From assembly GCF_009914755.1 (NCBI RefSeq), contig NC_060927.1: a DNA stretch of 64,000 nucleotides, one strand, 5' to 3'. The notes under the pieces are model-generated. The model was not told the origin of the DNA. It saw nothing but the letters and a program-made list of their open reading frames with translations, and did not search any database. The DNA is from the human T2T-CHM13v2.0 reference genome, Homo sapiens. Positions 19,201 through 34,708 of this stretch are shown in pieces. The position numbers and the translations under genes were made by a program. The first letter of the stretch is position 1. Every line of letters starts with the position of its first letter.

Positions 19201-20275
19201 TAGCCCTAAACTGGAAATAATGCAAATGTGCATCAATAGATAAATGGGAAAACTATATCCATTCAATGGAATCCAACTTAGCAACAAAAAGAAAAAAAAA
19301 ATGTAGAAATATACACAACAACATGGATGCATCTCAAAGCATTATGCTAAATGAAAGAAACCAGATACAAAAATATAGTATCATACATAGCATATGAAAT
19401 GTATACGAAATTCTTAAAAAAGGCAAAACAAGTCTAGAATGACAGAAATGAGATCGATGTTTGTCTGGGGTTGGGAGTGGGAATCGGGGATTAACTGCAA
19501 AGAGGCATGAGACGTTTTGGGGGGTAATTGAAATGGTCTATATATCGATTGCAGTGGTTTATATTGCATAATTAAATAGGAGTTAGAAAAAATGGTCTCA
19601 TTTATTCAATTTGCATTCAATATGTTCCTGAAAGATTAAAGCAGTAATTATGTTAAACTAGAAAAACTGGAACTTTTGATAAGAAAATATTTATACAAAT
19701 ATAGAACTTTTAAGTTAAAACATTAATTCATATGTCTGAAAAGCCAATGCAAATGATAAAAAGTTAATATTTTGGTTATACAGAGAACTCAAACTGATTA
19801 GAAAAGAAATAAAAATGATACAGAAGCAAAGATGGAAACACACAATTCAGAAATGAAAACATTAAAAGAGTCTAAATCAAATATTTCATGTTGTCATTCA
19901 TATATGGGAACTGAAAAAGTGGATCACATGGAGGTAGAGAATGGAATGGTGGTTACCAGAGATGGGGAAAGACTGGGTGAGAGGTGAGGAATGGAGAGAA
20001 GTTGATTAATGAGTACAAAAAACAGACAGAAAGAATAAATTCTAGTGTTCAATAGCACAGTGGGATGACTATTTAGTTAATAATAATTTATTGTATATTT
20101 CAAAATAGCTAGAAGAGAAGATTTGAAATGTTTCCAATACAAGGAAATAATAAATGTCCAATTGGGATTGATATCCCAATTACCCTTAAGTGATCATTAC
20201 ACAGTGTATGCATGTATCAAAATATCACATGTACCCTGAAATGTGTACAATTATTATGTGTCAATTAAAATTGTT
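16250..20275 (+). mobile_element. Mosaic of ancient L1M fragments (ORF2, ORF1/ORF2 junction, 3' ends including an L1MA end ~19880-20270)
   Basis: A-rich, degenerate L1 ORF2 and 3'UTR motifs; boundaries approximate. Confidence 0.7.
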
Positions 20276-20493
20276 TTAAGTCTAACCCATCTGGAAATTA
20301 AAGAAATGCTAATATTTTTAACTCCATAAATTAGAGAAGAAAAAATTTAATGCTAGCAAGAATGTGATATAATTGGTTATTAGAATACACTGCTGATGGC
20401 AGAGCAAATTGATACAAACTTTTTGGAAAACATTTTGTCTATATATATCATTAAAAGCATTAAAATGTACCTTTTTATCTAGAAAATCCATTT

Positions 20494-20782
20494 TTTTTTT
20501 TTTGAGACAGAGTCTCACTCTGTTGCCCAGGCTGGAATGCAGTGGCTCACTGGGCTCACTGCAAGCTCCGCCTCCCAGGTTCATGCCATTCTCCTGCCTC
20601 AGCCTCCCGAGTAGCTGGGACTACAGGCACCCGCCACCACGCCTGGCTAATTTTTTGTATTTTTAGTAGAGATGGGGTTTCACCATGTTAGCCAGGATGG
20701 TCTTGATCTCCTGACCTCGTGATCCACCCGCCTTGGCCTCCCAAAGTGCTGGCATTACAGGCATGAGCCACCACGCCCAGCC
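20494..20782 (-). mobile_element. AluY
   Basis: gcaagctccgcc and ttagccaggatggtc diagnostics; TSD tagaaaatccattt 20480-20493 and 20783-20796. Confidence 0.93.
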
Positions 20783-20828
20783 TAGAAAATCCATTTCTAA
20801 GAGTGTATCTCAAGAAAATAATAATTTA

Positions 20829-21152
<324 letters not shown>

Positions 21153-21566
21153 TTATTTTTGGCATAGTGAACTCCCATAACAATTTTTTACAAACAAAAA
21201 CAAAGAATAAGTAAATACATAAATACAGCTTTATGCAAAAAGATTTTTATGACAATGTTACAATCTACTAAAATGCTAGAGTGGTGAAGTACATTATGGT
21301 TTATTCACCTGATAAAATATTATATAACCATCAAAATGGATACCTATAAAACTTATGTAAACACAAAGAAAACCACTTAAAATGTGAACATATGTGTGCT
21401 GTTCATTACAAATTGTAAAAAAATAAAGGTCAAAAATAAAACTGATTCTGCCAACATATGTGTTAGAATTATTAGTGACTTTTTCTTTCTCTCCAGTGTA
21501 ATCATTAACTGTCTTAGGTATATTTGTTTAAAAACTTAGGACAGGTGAGTGAAGGAAAAATACTTA

Positions 21567-23115
<1,549 letters not shown>

Positions 23116-23603
23116 TTAAATGCAGTGACAAAACAATATTTATCATGAATTCATTTAGAGAAAATTATAACATAAACTGTTGGGCTGTGGAATATTTACC
23201 CAATGGGATACTCCAGAAGAATCAGAGATGGAAAACACAGGACCTGAAAATACCAAAATTAGGAGTATAGAGGAATAACTGGGGAAAAGAAAACCCTTAA
23301 TATTGTACTCCATGGTACGTATCAACGGGGAAAGGGACTAGAAGAGAACTTGAAGAGGCAGAAATTGAGCTTGGACATTTAGATTCAGCAGATTATTTTA
23401 AATTATTTTGATTATTAACGAAAACTTTGCAATGAATCTTAGAATAAGTGACCTAAAGGGTCCATGTTTGCTATGCCACAGGTCTGAGAAATGCTGTGTG
23501 AAATAACCAGTCAATTCTAACCTTGATGATCTTCAAGAAAAAAGTCACCAAGTTTCCTGGATTTGCTCTTTCTTTACCTCTGTGGACATAGGGGCAAATT
23601 TCC

Positions 23604-23819
23604 CTGTGGTTCTTAACCAGCAGGGGAGGTGGGCATTGCCCCTACAGAAGGCATTTGGAAATGTGTGTGAGTATTTTTGGTTGTCTGCTGTAATGACTAT
23701 GGGCTCTACCGGCCTTTTACTGGGAAGACCCAGGGATGCCAAACAGGACAAACTTGCCAATGGTACATTATGCCCGCCCCCCCACAAAGTGCCCAGTGGA
23801 GTCCCATTAAAGAACACTG
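23604..23819. mobile_element. MER20-like hAT DNA transposon
   Basis: ctgtggttcttaac ... ttaaagaacactg imperfect TIRs; catttggaaatgt...tttttggttgtc. Confidence 0.6.
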
Positions 23820-24659
23820 AACCTCTGCCCATTTTCTCCTAGCATGACTCCCTGGGCACTGGGAATGAAGCAGCCCCTGGACAACAACCTGTCACTAACA
23901 TGCTTCTAACATCCACCTCCAGACCTCCCTTTTTCCATGTAACTGTAATCTAGCTGTCCCCATATCTGTCCCCATGGCTATCAGTTACAAAAGCCTTCAG
24001 AAAGTAAGAGTCATTCCTTTCTCCCCAACTGATGGCTCCTTTCAGATTTGCAAAAAGTACTACTTGGCCATGTAATACAGCATGTTCTCAGGCAGGAGAG
24101 ACAGACCTCGGCACCCAGGCCCAACGTTAGCACTGTGAGTGCTACCTTGGCTCAGGTGCCAGAACGTCAGCCACTGCCAACCATCAACCTTCCTTTAATG
24201 AGCTGCTGGGATTGACTGGTCTGATGGTTATCTGGCTGCAGGGAAAACTGTGCTAGGGTATTTTTCTTTGCCCCCATAATAATGAAATGAGCCACGGGGT
24301 TTTTTAAAAATATGAGCCAGGAGCCCAAGACCTGCTTTGGAAATTCTGCGCCTTTCCTTTGAACAGACATACAATTTTGGGGCAGAAACAAACCTCTCTT
24401 TGAGATGAGTCACCCCACATTAATAAGTGGTACAATATGGCTCTCCTTCTGTGCCTTTGATTTTGATATTTTATTGATGCCTCTTCTTACTGCTTTAAAT
24501 ATTTTAACTAATGGTGTATTTAACTCTACATGCCAGGGTTTTAATGATTAAAATGATAGGTACTAGCTCCTCCTGCCTGCTTGCTGACACTTCTCTACTT
24601 CTTTCCCCTGTTGCTCTTCAAAATGGGGCTTCCAAAGAGAAGTAGCCTGTGATGATAAA

Positions 24660-24850
24660 AAGCACCCTTGGGTTTGCATCCTAGCTCCACCACTCACTGG
24701 CTGCTTGACCTGGCTTAAGCCACTTTCCCAGCTAGGCTCTGGTTTCCTCATCTGTAAGGTAGAGTGCTAATCATGATCACACATACCTCACATGACTGTT
24801 GAGGGCACTGGTCATGTGAGATCATGGGTGTGCAGAGCTCTAAACAGATA
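24660..24850 (+). mobile_element. MIR
   Basis: Core ggtttcctcatctgtaa. Confidence 0.7.
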
Positions 24851-26103
24851 TCGTGTCTTCTTATTTAAAGTGAGGACCCAGGCTGAGAAGTGGTGGTCCT
24901 AGAATTACCACCCAGGCTGGAATAGTCCTGTTCTCCCGGACTGTCAGCTGCACACCAAACTGCTGCCTGACTCATGCGTCTCCTCTCCAGCATTGATGCA
25001 GAAGGAGACCTCTACAGTTAACTCACCTCCAACAACTATACCTCCAAGAAGGCCCTGGAATCCTGGGGCATCAGAAAAAGGAGAAACATTGGAGTGTTTT
25101 TGCTCCTTCAATTCTTTCCCCCTTGCTTGTCCTTCCTACTTATACTCTACTTTCCTCTGTATATGTGGTCCTCATTTGGCCTGGCAACTCTAAGTCTATC
25201 CCAATTGAAGTACATGCAAATCAGGCAATCTTTCTTTGAAAGGTCAGTTTCTTATGGATGCCAGCCAAAGATGCTCTCAGCATCCCATATTTTCTAGGGC
25301 TTCCCCAAACCTCCCAGCCTCCTAGGTCTCTAACCTCAGTATGGCAAGGTGGGGTTTCCAACCTCTGCTGGATCACACTGCGAGGTGATGATGGCAAAAT
25401 CTTCTGAGCCTTTCCTGAAAGGGCCAAGTGTGCTCACAGCCTCAGGCTCTAGAGCAGTCATGTGGGAGCTCAAAGTTTACATTCCCTCACTCGGGAGCCC
25501 CTTCAAGAAACCTTTACTAGAATTTCCCTGCAAGAACTGCATCCAGGCAGATAAAATAGCAAGGCTTTCACATATTTGCATTGAGTTTACATAGAATCTG
25601 CATGTGCCCACTTGGTTACCATTTTCTTAGGTTTCATTTATTGAGCTCCTACTATGCATCAGTTGTTGGTTTGAGCCCTATTAGTCTCATTTAATAGCCT
25701 AGAAAGCCTATTATCCAAGAGTTTTTAAGGTAAAATCTTGTTGCTATAATGAGCATTTCTGGACCATGATATTAATCCTTTGTATCAGTATAATGCATTA
25801 TAGTGATAAAGTGCTTTCCCAGCATGTCTATGCTCTAAGGTAGGAACATCAGGCATTATTTCTATTATACAGATTTTAAAAGTGAAGATTAGTAAAGTGA
25901 CTTGCCCAGAGTCATAAAGCCAATCAATTGAAATGGCCTGTATCTAACTTCTGGGACTACTAGTCCAGTCCTCTTTCCAGACTTCATTTTGTGTTTTCTC
26001 TGTTTTCCTTTTATCCTTTTGCAGTCCCTCATCCTCATCTTCTCCTCTAATACATGCATTGCAGAGAAAAAATGAGGACTGAAAGGGGTTTTCAGGACTA
26101 TCA

Positions 26104-26565
<462 letters not shown>

Positions 26566-27127
26566 TCAGGAGGCGGGAATAAAACAGCCTGCCCTAGGAT
26601 TCCAGTCTTAAAGGATGGTGTCATAAGGATCTACAAAAGCTGAGCTGAGGTCAGGGGCCTTGGGAGCTGATTGGCTGTGAAGATCAGAAGAGATGACCAC
26701 CACTGTGGGTATAGCAGGAACTTTTGGCATAGACAAAACCAAAGCAGGGCATCATTCCTGGAGGACCTGGCAAAAGGCGGGAAGTTGAGTTCAGGAACAA
26801 GTGAGCAGAAGAAGCCCAGTCTCTAAAACTGAGACCCAGACATTAAGCAAGACAATAAGGCTGAGCCGGCTGAACTGCTGAAGTGGGATCTGCAAGTAGC
26901 AGGCAAGTGGCCACATGGCCCAAACAAGAGAAAAAGGAACAGGGAATTGACTGGGCCATAGTTATGGATTGCAAAAGCAAAACTGAAAGTGCATGGGTCT
27001 TTTCTCACATCCAGTCAGTAAAGTTCTTAAAATGTGATGAAATGGGAACAAAAGAGCCATAAACATAGGCATGAACTGCGACCCCCATGCCGGCTCTCTC
27101 ACTTCTAGGACTTCGACCCTAAGAAAG

Positions 27128-28384
27128 TGAGAGGTGACAGCGTGCTGGCAGTCCTCACAGCCCTCGCTCGCTCTAGGCGCCTCCTCTGCCTGGGCTCCCA
27201 ATTTGGCGGCACTTGAGGAGCCCTTCAGCCCACCGCTGCACTGTGGAAGCCCCTTTCTGGGCTGGCCAAGGCCAGAGCCGGCTCCCTCAGCTTGCAGGGA
27301 GGTGTGGAGGGAGAGGCGCGAGCGGGAACCGGGGCTGCACCCGGCGCTTGCGGGCCAGCTGGAGTTCCGGGTGGGCGTGGGCTTGGCGGGCGCCGCACTC
27401 GGAGCAGCCGGCTGGCCCTGCCGGCCCGGGCAGTGAGGGGCTTGGCACCCGGGCCAGTGGCTGCGGAGGGTGTACTGGGTCCCCCAGCAGAGTCGGCCCA
27501 CTGGCGCTGCACTCGATTTCTCACCGGGCCTTAGCTGACTTCCCGCGGGGCAGGGCTTGGGACCTGCAGCCCGCCATGCCTGAGCCTCCCACTCCCTCCA
27601 TGGGCTCCTGTGCGGCCGGAGCCTCCCCGACAAGCACCGCCCTCTGCTCCACGGCGCCCAGTCCCATCGACCGCCCAAGGGCTGAGGAGTGCGAGCGCAT
27701 GGCGCAGGACTGGCAGGCAGCTCCACCTGCGGCCCCGGTGCGGGATCCACTGGGTGAAGCCAGCTGAGCTCCTGAGTCTGGTGGGGACGTGGAGAGTCTT
27801 TATATCTAGCTCAGGGATTGTAAATACACCAATCAGCACCCTGTGTCTAGCTCAGGGTTTGTGAGTGCACCAATCGACACTCTGTATCTAGCTGCTCTGG
27901 TGGGGCCTTGGAGAACCTTTGTGTCTATACTCTGTATCTAACTAATCTGATGGGGACGTGGAGAACCTTTGTATCTAGCTCAGGGAATGTAAACGCACCA
28001 ATCAGCACCCTGTCAAAACAGGCCACTAGGCTCTACCAATCAGCAGAATGTGGGTGGGGCCAGATAAGAGAATAAAATCAGGCTGCTGGAGCCAGCAGTG
28101 GCAACCCGCTGGGGTCCCCTTCCACACTGTGGAAGCTTTGTTCTTTTGCTCTTTGCAATAAATCTTGCTACTGCTTACTCTTTGGGTCCACACTGCTTTT
28201 ATGAGCTGTAACACTCACCACGAAGGTCTGCAGCTTCACTCTTGAAGCCAGCAAGACCACGAGCCCACCAGGAGGAATGAACAACTCCAGACGCACTGCC
28301 TTAAGAGCCGTAACACTCACCGCGAGAGTCCGAGGCTTCATTCTTGAAGTCAGTGAGACCAAGAACCCACCAATTCCGGACACA
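27128..28384 (+). mobile_element. LTR12C (ERV9) solo LTR, antisense to SCN11A
   Basis: tgagaggtgacagcgtgctggc...caattccggacaca; 4-bp TSD aaag 27124-27127 and 28385-28388; CpG-rich U3. Confidence 0.96.
27829..28077 (+). promoter_or_regulatory. LTR12C core promoter: 4 CCAAT boxes, GC box, GATA, TATA-like AATAAAA
   Basis: CCAAT at 27829, 27870, 27998, 28036; GGGTGGGGC 28052; AGATAA 28062; AATAAAA 28071. Confidence 0.75.
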
Positions 28385-29266
28385 AAAGCAGAAAGGGTTT
28401 GTTAATAGGGTTACTCTACCATAGGATAATAGCTTCTTTGAGGACTTTCTCTACAGCCACAGGGTTCAAACTAGACACTGAAAAGAAGCAGTAGTATTCA
28501 GGTTGAATGCCTATTTCCCCATGCCAGCCATCCTCTTTCTTTCTTATTTACTGGATGCTAATCTAGGGCTGACTCTTACACCCACTCCAGGAAATTATAG
28601 TAAGAAACCCAACATATCACTGGTTTGTTCCTTCAACAATTATATGCCCTGTGTCTGTTCTAGGCATGGTGCTAGGCACTAACGGTGAAGAAACACAGTC
28701 CCTGGTCCAACAGTTACACTGTCCTGGAGTAGTAGAAAAGACAAAGACAGGAAACTAAAATAGAACAAATGCTACTACAGAGAGAAGTAGTGGGGCTATG
28801 TCTATGCATAGGATAGGTGTCTCATCATAGGATAGGCGTCTCAACAGGGAATCAGGGACTGTTGTCCAAACCTTTAATGTCTAAATTGAGACCTGAAGGA
28901 GATGTAAGACTTAGGACAAGAGAAAAAGGGGGACACTAGGATGCTCCAGGGAGAGCAAATAGTGTGTACAGGAACCCTCAGCTGAGAAAGAACATGATGT
29001 CCAGCAACTGGTTCTGTTTGCCAGGAATGGGGATTTCATGGAGTGGAATGGCCAATAGGGCTTTACTCAGCAGAGGGAGAGAGTGGGCAGGCCTGTAATC
29101 TTTGGTAAAGATCATGGACTTCCCCTGAGGGTAATGGGGAATTACTAAAGGTTTGGGTTTTCATTGCTGTTGTTGTTACTGCAGAGGCGAAACACTATCA
29201 GATTTGTTTTTTTTTGTTGTTGTTGTTGTTTTTTTAAAGAAAAGCCACTCTAACTATTGGGAATTG

Positions 29267-29583
29267 GCAGGGATATGGATGGAGCTGGAAGGCCCTTAGC
29301 AAACTAACTCAGGAACAGGAAACCAAATACCACATGTTCTCACTTATAAGTGGGAGCTAAATGATAGAAACTCATGGACACATAGAGGGGGACAACACAC
29401 ACTGAGGCCCATGGGAAGGTGGAGGGTGGAAGGAAGGAAAGGATCAGGAAAAATAAGTAATGGGTGCTAGGCTTAATACCTGGGTGACGAAATAATCTGT
29501 ACAACAAACCCCCATGACACAAGTTTACCTATGTAACAAACCTACATGTGTACCCCTGAACTTAAAATACAAGTTAAAAAAAA
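29267..29583 (+). mobile_element. 5'-truncated old L1PA (about PA13) 3' end
   Basis: 3'UTR with aaataatctgtacaacaaacccccatgacacaag, A tail, long imperfect TSD. Confidence 0.85.
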
Positions 29584-29786
29584 AAAGTCCCTCTAACTGT
29601 TGGGGATTGAAAAGGCTTGAGATAGGAAGATAAAGGGGAGGCTAAAATCAGAGAAGTGAGCTTGGAAACTCTTGTAGCAAATCAAATTACAGGGGATGAT
29701 CTAATGACATGCATGGATTTGAGAGTTAATAAATAGCCTTGACATGAGATTAATGGGAAGAGAGAGACTTGAGGGATGGTCCTTAC

Positions 29787-29917
29787 CGAGATTCCTGGCT
29801 TGAGCAGATGAGAGGACAGTGTGGCCACTCACTGAGACAGAGAGTGCAAGAAAAGGAGGGCACTGCGAGGGAATAAATTTGGTTTGCAACACACGAAGCT
29901 GAAGCTGCCTGGGGAAC
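29787..29917 (-). other. SCN11A: Probable SCN11A 5'-UTR exon (131 nt) within an L2 remnant
   Basis: Acceptor ttctctccacttgcag|G, donor TCG|gtaagg; no ATG; the junction GAATCTCG|GGTGAAGATG agrees with my unverified memory of the cDNA 5' end. Confidence 0.7.
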
Positions 29918-30864
29918 CTGCAAGTGGAGAGAACCAAAAGGCACTCGAATATAGGGAAATCATAGTTCACACATGTCAGGCTCTGAAAACAGCGTGAAAG
30001 CAAAGAAATGTAGCCAAAATTTCTCTTGAAACTCCCTCAGGAAGGCACCATACTGAAGAGGCATCCCAATTCATTACTTAAACGAGTTCAATACAACCAG
30101 CTTTTCTTCCAGGGCCAGAACCAGACACTCTTTCTTCAGGTTAGCCCCAAACAAAGTAGTTGGATTGTGTTTCAGGGCCATGATAAAGGCAATGTATGAT
30201 CCTTCAAGTATACTATGATTAGGGCAAGCAATGATAATACTGTGAGAGCCATATGTCAGCTGAAACTGAATGTAGGACTGTAGATTCATCACTGTCTGTC
30301 CCACATTCATCCAGAGTCAAGCTCATTATTGATAGGTCTGGATGATGGAATTCCCCGCACTATTTCAATTTCCCCCTCCTCATGAACATGTGTAATTGAA
30401 TTTGTATGAATGAAGTGGGCATATAATGAGACTCTGCTGCATTTGACTCTAGAGCTCAAGAAAGACATTTAATTCAGAGCATAAGTCTTTTGCAGTGAAC
30501 ACAATATGGATGCTAGTCAATCCTGTAAAATGGATGCGCTGTGAAAGACCCTGGATGGTAAAACCTGGACCCTATGCTCAGTTACAGCAAGGAGTCCAGT
30601 GGCAGGTGCTGCCATCCTAATGGGGCGATTAAAGAAGCAACTGGACACTTTCACCCTGCCATTTTGACTCTGGGAGATATTTTGCCTGGGTTCTTAAGAA
30701 AGAGAAACTTGCTAAAAATAAATATAACACAAAATAAAACTGACAACCCCTGAAACTGTACACAGTAAAATTTGTTATAGATGATAAAAAAACAAACAAA
30801 CAAACAAACAAAAAAACAAAAAAACACACACACACCTAAAGAACCACATCTTAAAAGTAACATT

Positions 30865-31163
30865 GGCCAGGCACAGTGGCTCATGTCTGTAATCCTAACA
30901 CTGTGGGAGGCTAAGGCAGATGGATTACCTGAGGTCAGGAGTTTGAGACCAGCCTGGCCAACATGGTGAAACCCTGTCTCTACTAAAAATACAAAAATTG
31001 GCTGGGAATGGTGGCATGCACCTGTAATCCCAGCCACTCGGGAGGCTGAGCAGGAGAATCAGTTGAATCCAGGAGGCGGAGGTTGCAGTGAGCCAAGATT
31101 GTGCCACTGCCCTCCAGCCTGGGTAACCCAGCCAGACTCTGTCTCAAAAAAAGAAAAGAAAAG
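30865..31163 (+). mobile_element. AluS
   Basis: Full dimer; TSD aaaagtaacatt. Confidence 0.92.
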
Positions 31164-31177
31164 AAAAGTAACATTGA

Positions 31178-31452
31178 GGCCAGGTGCAGTGGCTTACACC
31201 CACTGGGAGGCCAAGGCAGACAGATTGCTTGATACCAGGGGTTTGAGACCAGCCTGGCCAACATGGTGAAAACCCATCTCTACTAAAAATGAAAAATTAG
31301 CTAGGTGTGGTGGCGTGTGCCTGTAATCCCACCTACTCAGGAGGCTGAGGCACAAGAATCGCTTGAACCAGGAGGTAGTGGTTGCAGTGAGCTGAGATCA
31401 CTCTACTGCACTTGAGCTTGGGCCACAGAATGAGACTCTGTCCCAAAAAAAA
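31178..31452 (+). mobile_element. AluS/J in tandem with the previous Alu
   Basis: Dimer with a short internal deletion; TSD aaagtaa(c/t)attga. Confidence 0.9.
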
Positions 31453-32067
31453 TGAAAGTAATATTGAAAACTGCAAAAATTGACCCAGGAAAAGGAAAAC
31501 TGAATAAAAATTATGAACTCAAATAAATCTGACAAAATAAAACCACATGCAGTATGCAGTAAAATTTCCTTATTAACTGAAAAAACAATTAATGGAAGAA
31601 TCAAGTATTCTTTAATAAGTAAACTCAGGAAAATTCGACTGTGAAAATCAAGGCTGCATCCACAAAATAGATAAAATTGATAAATTAATAGAAAATCAAT
31701 ATGGCACAAGCTGTAATTGGTAAAATTTGAAATGACTCAAACCCTTATGGTGAAATTTGTACAGAAATACTTAATTCTGAAAATTTTCTGTGCAGAAAAT
31801 AGATTGCATTGCTAGAAAATTGATCAAAGAATTAAATTAGCTAAGTGCAATTATTTTCCAAGTCCTGCTAACAAATTTGAAGATAAAATTTTCAGATTCT
31901 GAATGACTCTTTACAAAAAAAATTACTTGAGTATATACTCCCAAACAATGAAAAGAGAATTCAGAAAAGCAGGATGCATGGAATCCAAGACATTATGTCC
32001 TTAACCGAAGAGTGCAATAAAATATTTCTGGTCAACCACACATCAATAGGCTTAAGAAGCAATTGCT

Positions 32068-32431
<364 letters not shown>

Positions 32432-34259
32432 AAGAAGCAATTGCCCTGACAGAAAAGTCAGAGAATCCTGGGAAAAATATTTAAACTATAAAGAAAATTT
32501 TATGTAACAAAAAATATGTTTCAGAAAATGGTTTTTCCAAATGTTAAAAGAAAGGTAATGAGAAATTCCATCAAAATAAGACGTACTTCAAAAGTAATGG
32601 TTTATAGACAAAGCCAACTAAATGATTTGAACCCTGATACCCTGCCATTTTGACAGGAACCTTGGTAAGGAACATCCTTCAGTATAACAGGAAAAATAAG
32701 ATAATTCATTTGACCTTGACCTTGAATGTGCAGCAGATAGTAACATCAGGGTCCATTCCTTTACCTTTATTATGGGTCCAAATATAGTACAGTTCTTGGT
32801 TCCGGAAAATAGTAGCTACAAAATTATGATATAATTCAGGTTATCTATTAGTTTTTAATTTTCACAATCATCCTAAAGATAAAGCAGAATTAATTATAAT
32901 TATAGAGTAGATTACAAATGCTATAAATGTTATAAAATTTTACTACAAGCTGAAGTCGGAGAGAAAAAGTGAAGGGAAGATTAAAGATACCAATTTTCTC
33001 ACCTTAAACATTTAGAGAGTCAAGACACTCTATGAAAGGTTGGTCAAGCCATACAAAAATAAGTTTATACCTTAAAATTACACAGATAAGTACAAAACCA
33101 AATTTTAAATACAGATAACAAAAACTGGAAGAATCATGGGGAGCCCAGAAGGATTACCATCAATAAGCTAAATTCCTCATCTCCCATAGGGACAATTCAA
33201 AAACTTCTACTCAAACTGTATAAATCAAGAAATAGCAGTGTAAGCTAATTTAAAGTTAGAGAGACCCCCTACAAATATATACAATGATTATTTTGTCAAT
33301 TGAAAATTAAATAGTCCCTGGGCATAGTAGTTCAAAGAAAAAAATAAAACTTAAAAAAAAATTAAAGAGAGAAAATGACCAGAATTAAACACTAAAATGG
33401 TTAAAAGTGGGACTGAGCATAGGTGAAAGTGGAGACATTTTACTTTTAACGTTATATCCTTCTCAACATTTTCTCCTTCTAAGCTATTTGAATTATGTGC
33501 TTGTGTTACTTTTATAGGTTGCAAAAGGATTGTGAAAATCCTTCAGGGGATGAAAACATCTTCTGATTCAAACTAGAGAGACAAGATATCAAGCACGACA
33601 GGCTCCCAATCCCCTTGGGCCATGAAGGAAACAAGCAGAATCTCAACTTGCATGCAGTCTTAAACTGGGAGGCCGGCCACATGCGGGTTACGACTTGACG
33701 TGGGGAATGACAGAGCCTGGGAGAGCAGTGAGGAGGCCCTGCAAGACCTTCATGAGCCCAGGGGCCAGTCTTGCAGGGTGGCCAGGGCTACCTGTCACAG
33801 GGAACTCTGCAACTGCTCTTCTGTAGACTGGCCCACTCCTGCCGAATAGACAGAAAGCAAACACTCACCTAGGAGAGAGGACTAAGGCCTCACTTTCCAA
33901 AGCTGCAAGCTTTATAGAAGCACTTAGGCCTGACCTCCCATGGTTCATTCATTCATGTGCTGGGCACTGGGGATGCAAAGGGATATAAAGCACCAGCCTT
34001 CCAGGGTCTTCCAATCTGTGGAGACCAGGTGAAGAAATGACGGAGGATGAAACCATGCCATGTGTACGTCTGCACCAGAGGCAATTGTTGGGTGCTGTGG
34101 GAGCCCTGAGTGGGGCATGGTGACGAGGAATCAGAAGTCATTTAGCTGGGAGGAGGGAGGGAGGTGGCCTGGACAATAGGCAACGTAGTGTGAAAGCACT
34201 GAGGGCTGCACACGGACTCCTGGCTCTTATTTATGAATTCGCCTGTAGTTATAAAAGTC

Positions 34260-34708
34260 ACATAGCCTCACTGTGCCCTCCAGCTCACTCTCCATCCTTC
34301 CCCACTCTGCTCAGTGATGCAAAGCTGACCCACATGTAGCCCCCCATGGGATCTCTCACACTCTGGCTTATGGCTGGGTTTGGTTGGTGAGAGGTATCCA
34401 GCAAGTGACCCGGAATATGATGGGAGAGTGAGGGCAGGGATTTCTCTTCCAGCTTTCCCCTGATGGTGGCCATGGGCCACAGTGCCTGTGAGGTGCCCAT
34501 CTACAGGGCTCGCACCTCCCTTCCCTTGCCTCTTCTGATGTGGGGTGTAATGGCACCTCACTCTCACCAACCTGAGAAATGCACCATCACCTGCTTCTGT
34601 TATGGTACTCTGCCCACACCTTTGTAAAAAGTCCCTTTAATAAAATATCCTCACAATGTCCAATTTGAGCTTGCCATCTGTTTCCTGCTGGGGCCCTGGC
34701 TGATAGAG
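34260..34708 (+). mobile_element. LTR33-like ERVL LTR
   Basis: 3' end tgccatctgtttcctgctggggccctggctgataga; 5' edge approximate. Confidence 0.6.

Larger units (their letters stand above)
28620..29960 (-). mobile_element. L2 remnant, split by an L1PA 3' end; hosts the 131-nt UTR exon
   Basis: gattcctggcttgagcag...ccactcactgaga...caagtggaga resembles reverse L2. Confidence 0.65.

Noticed and set aside
26962-27864. Several long overlapping ORFs (up to 262 aa)
   Set aside because: Expected from the GC-rich, stop-poor LTR12C U3
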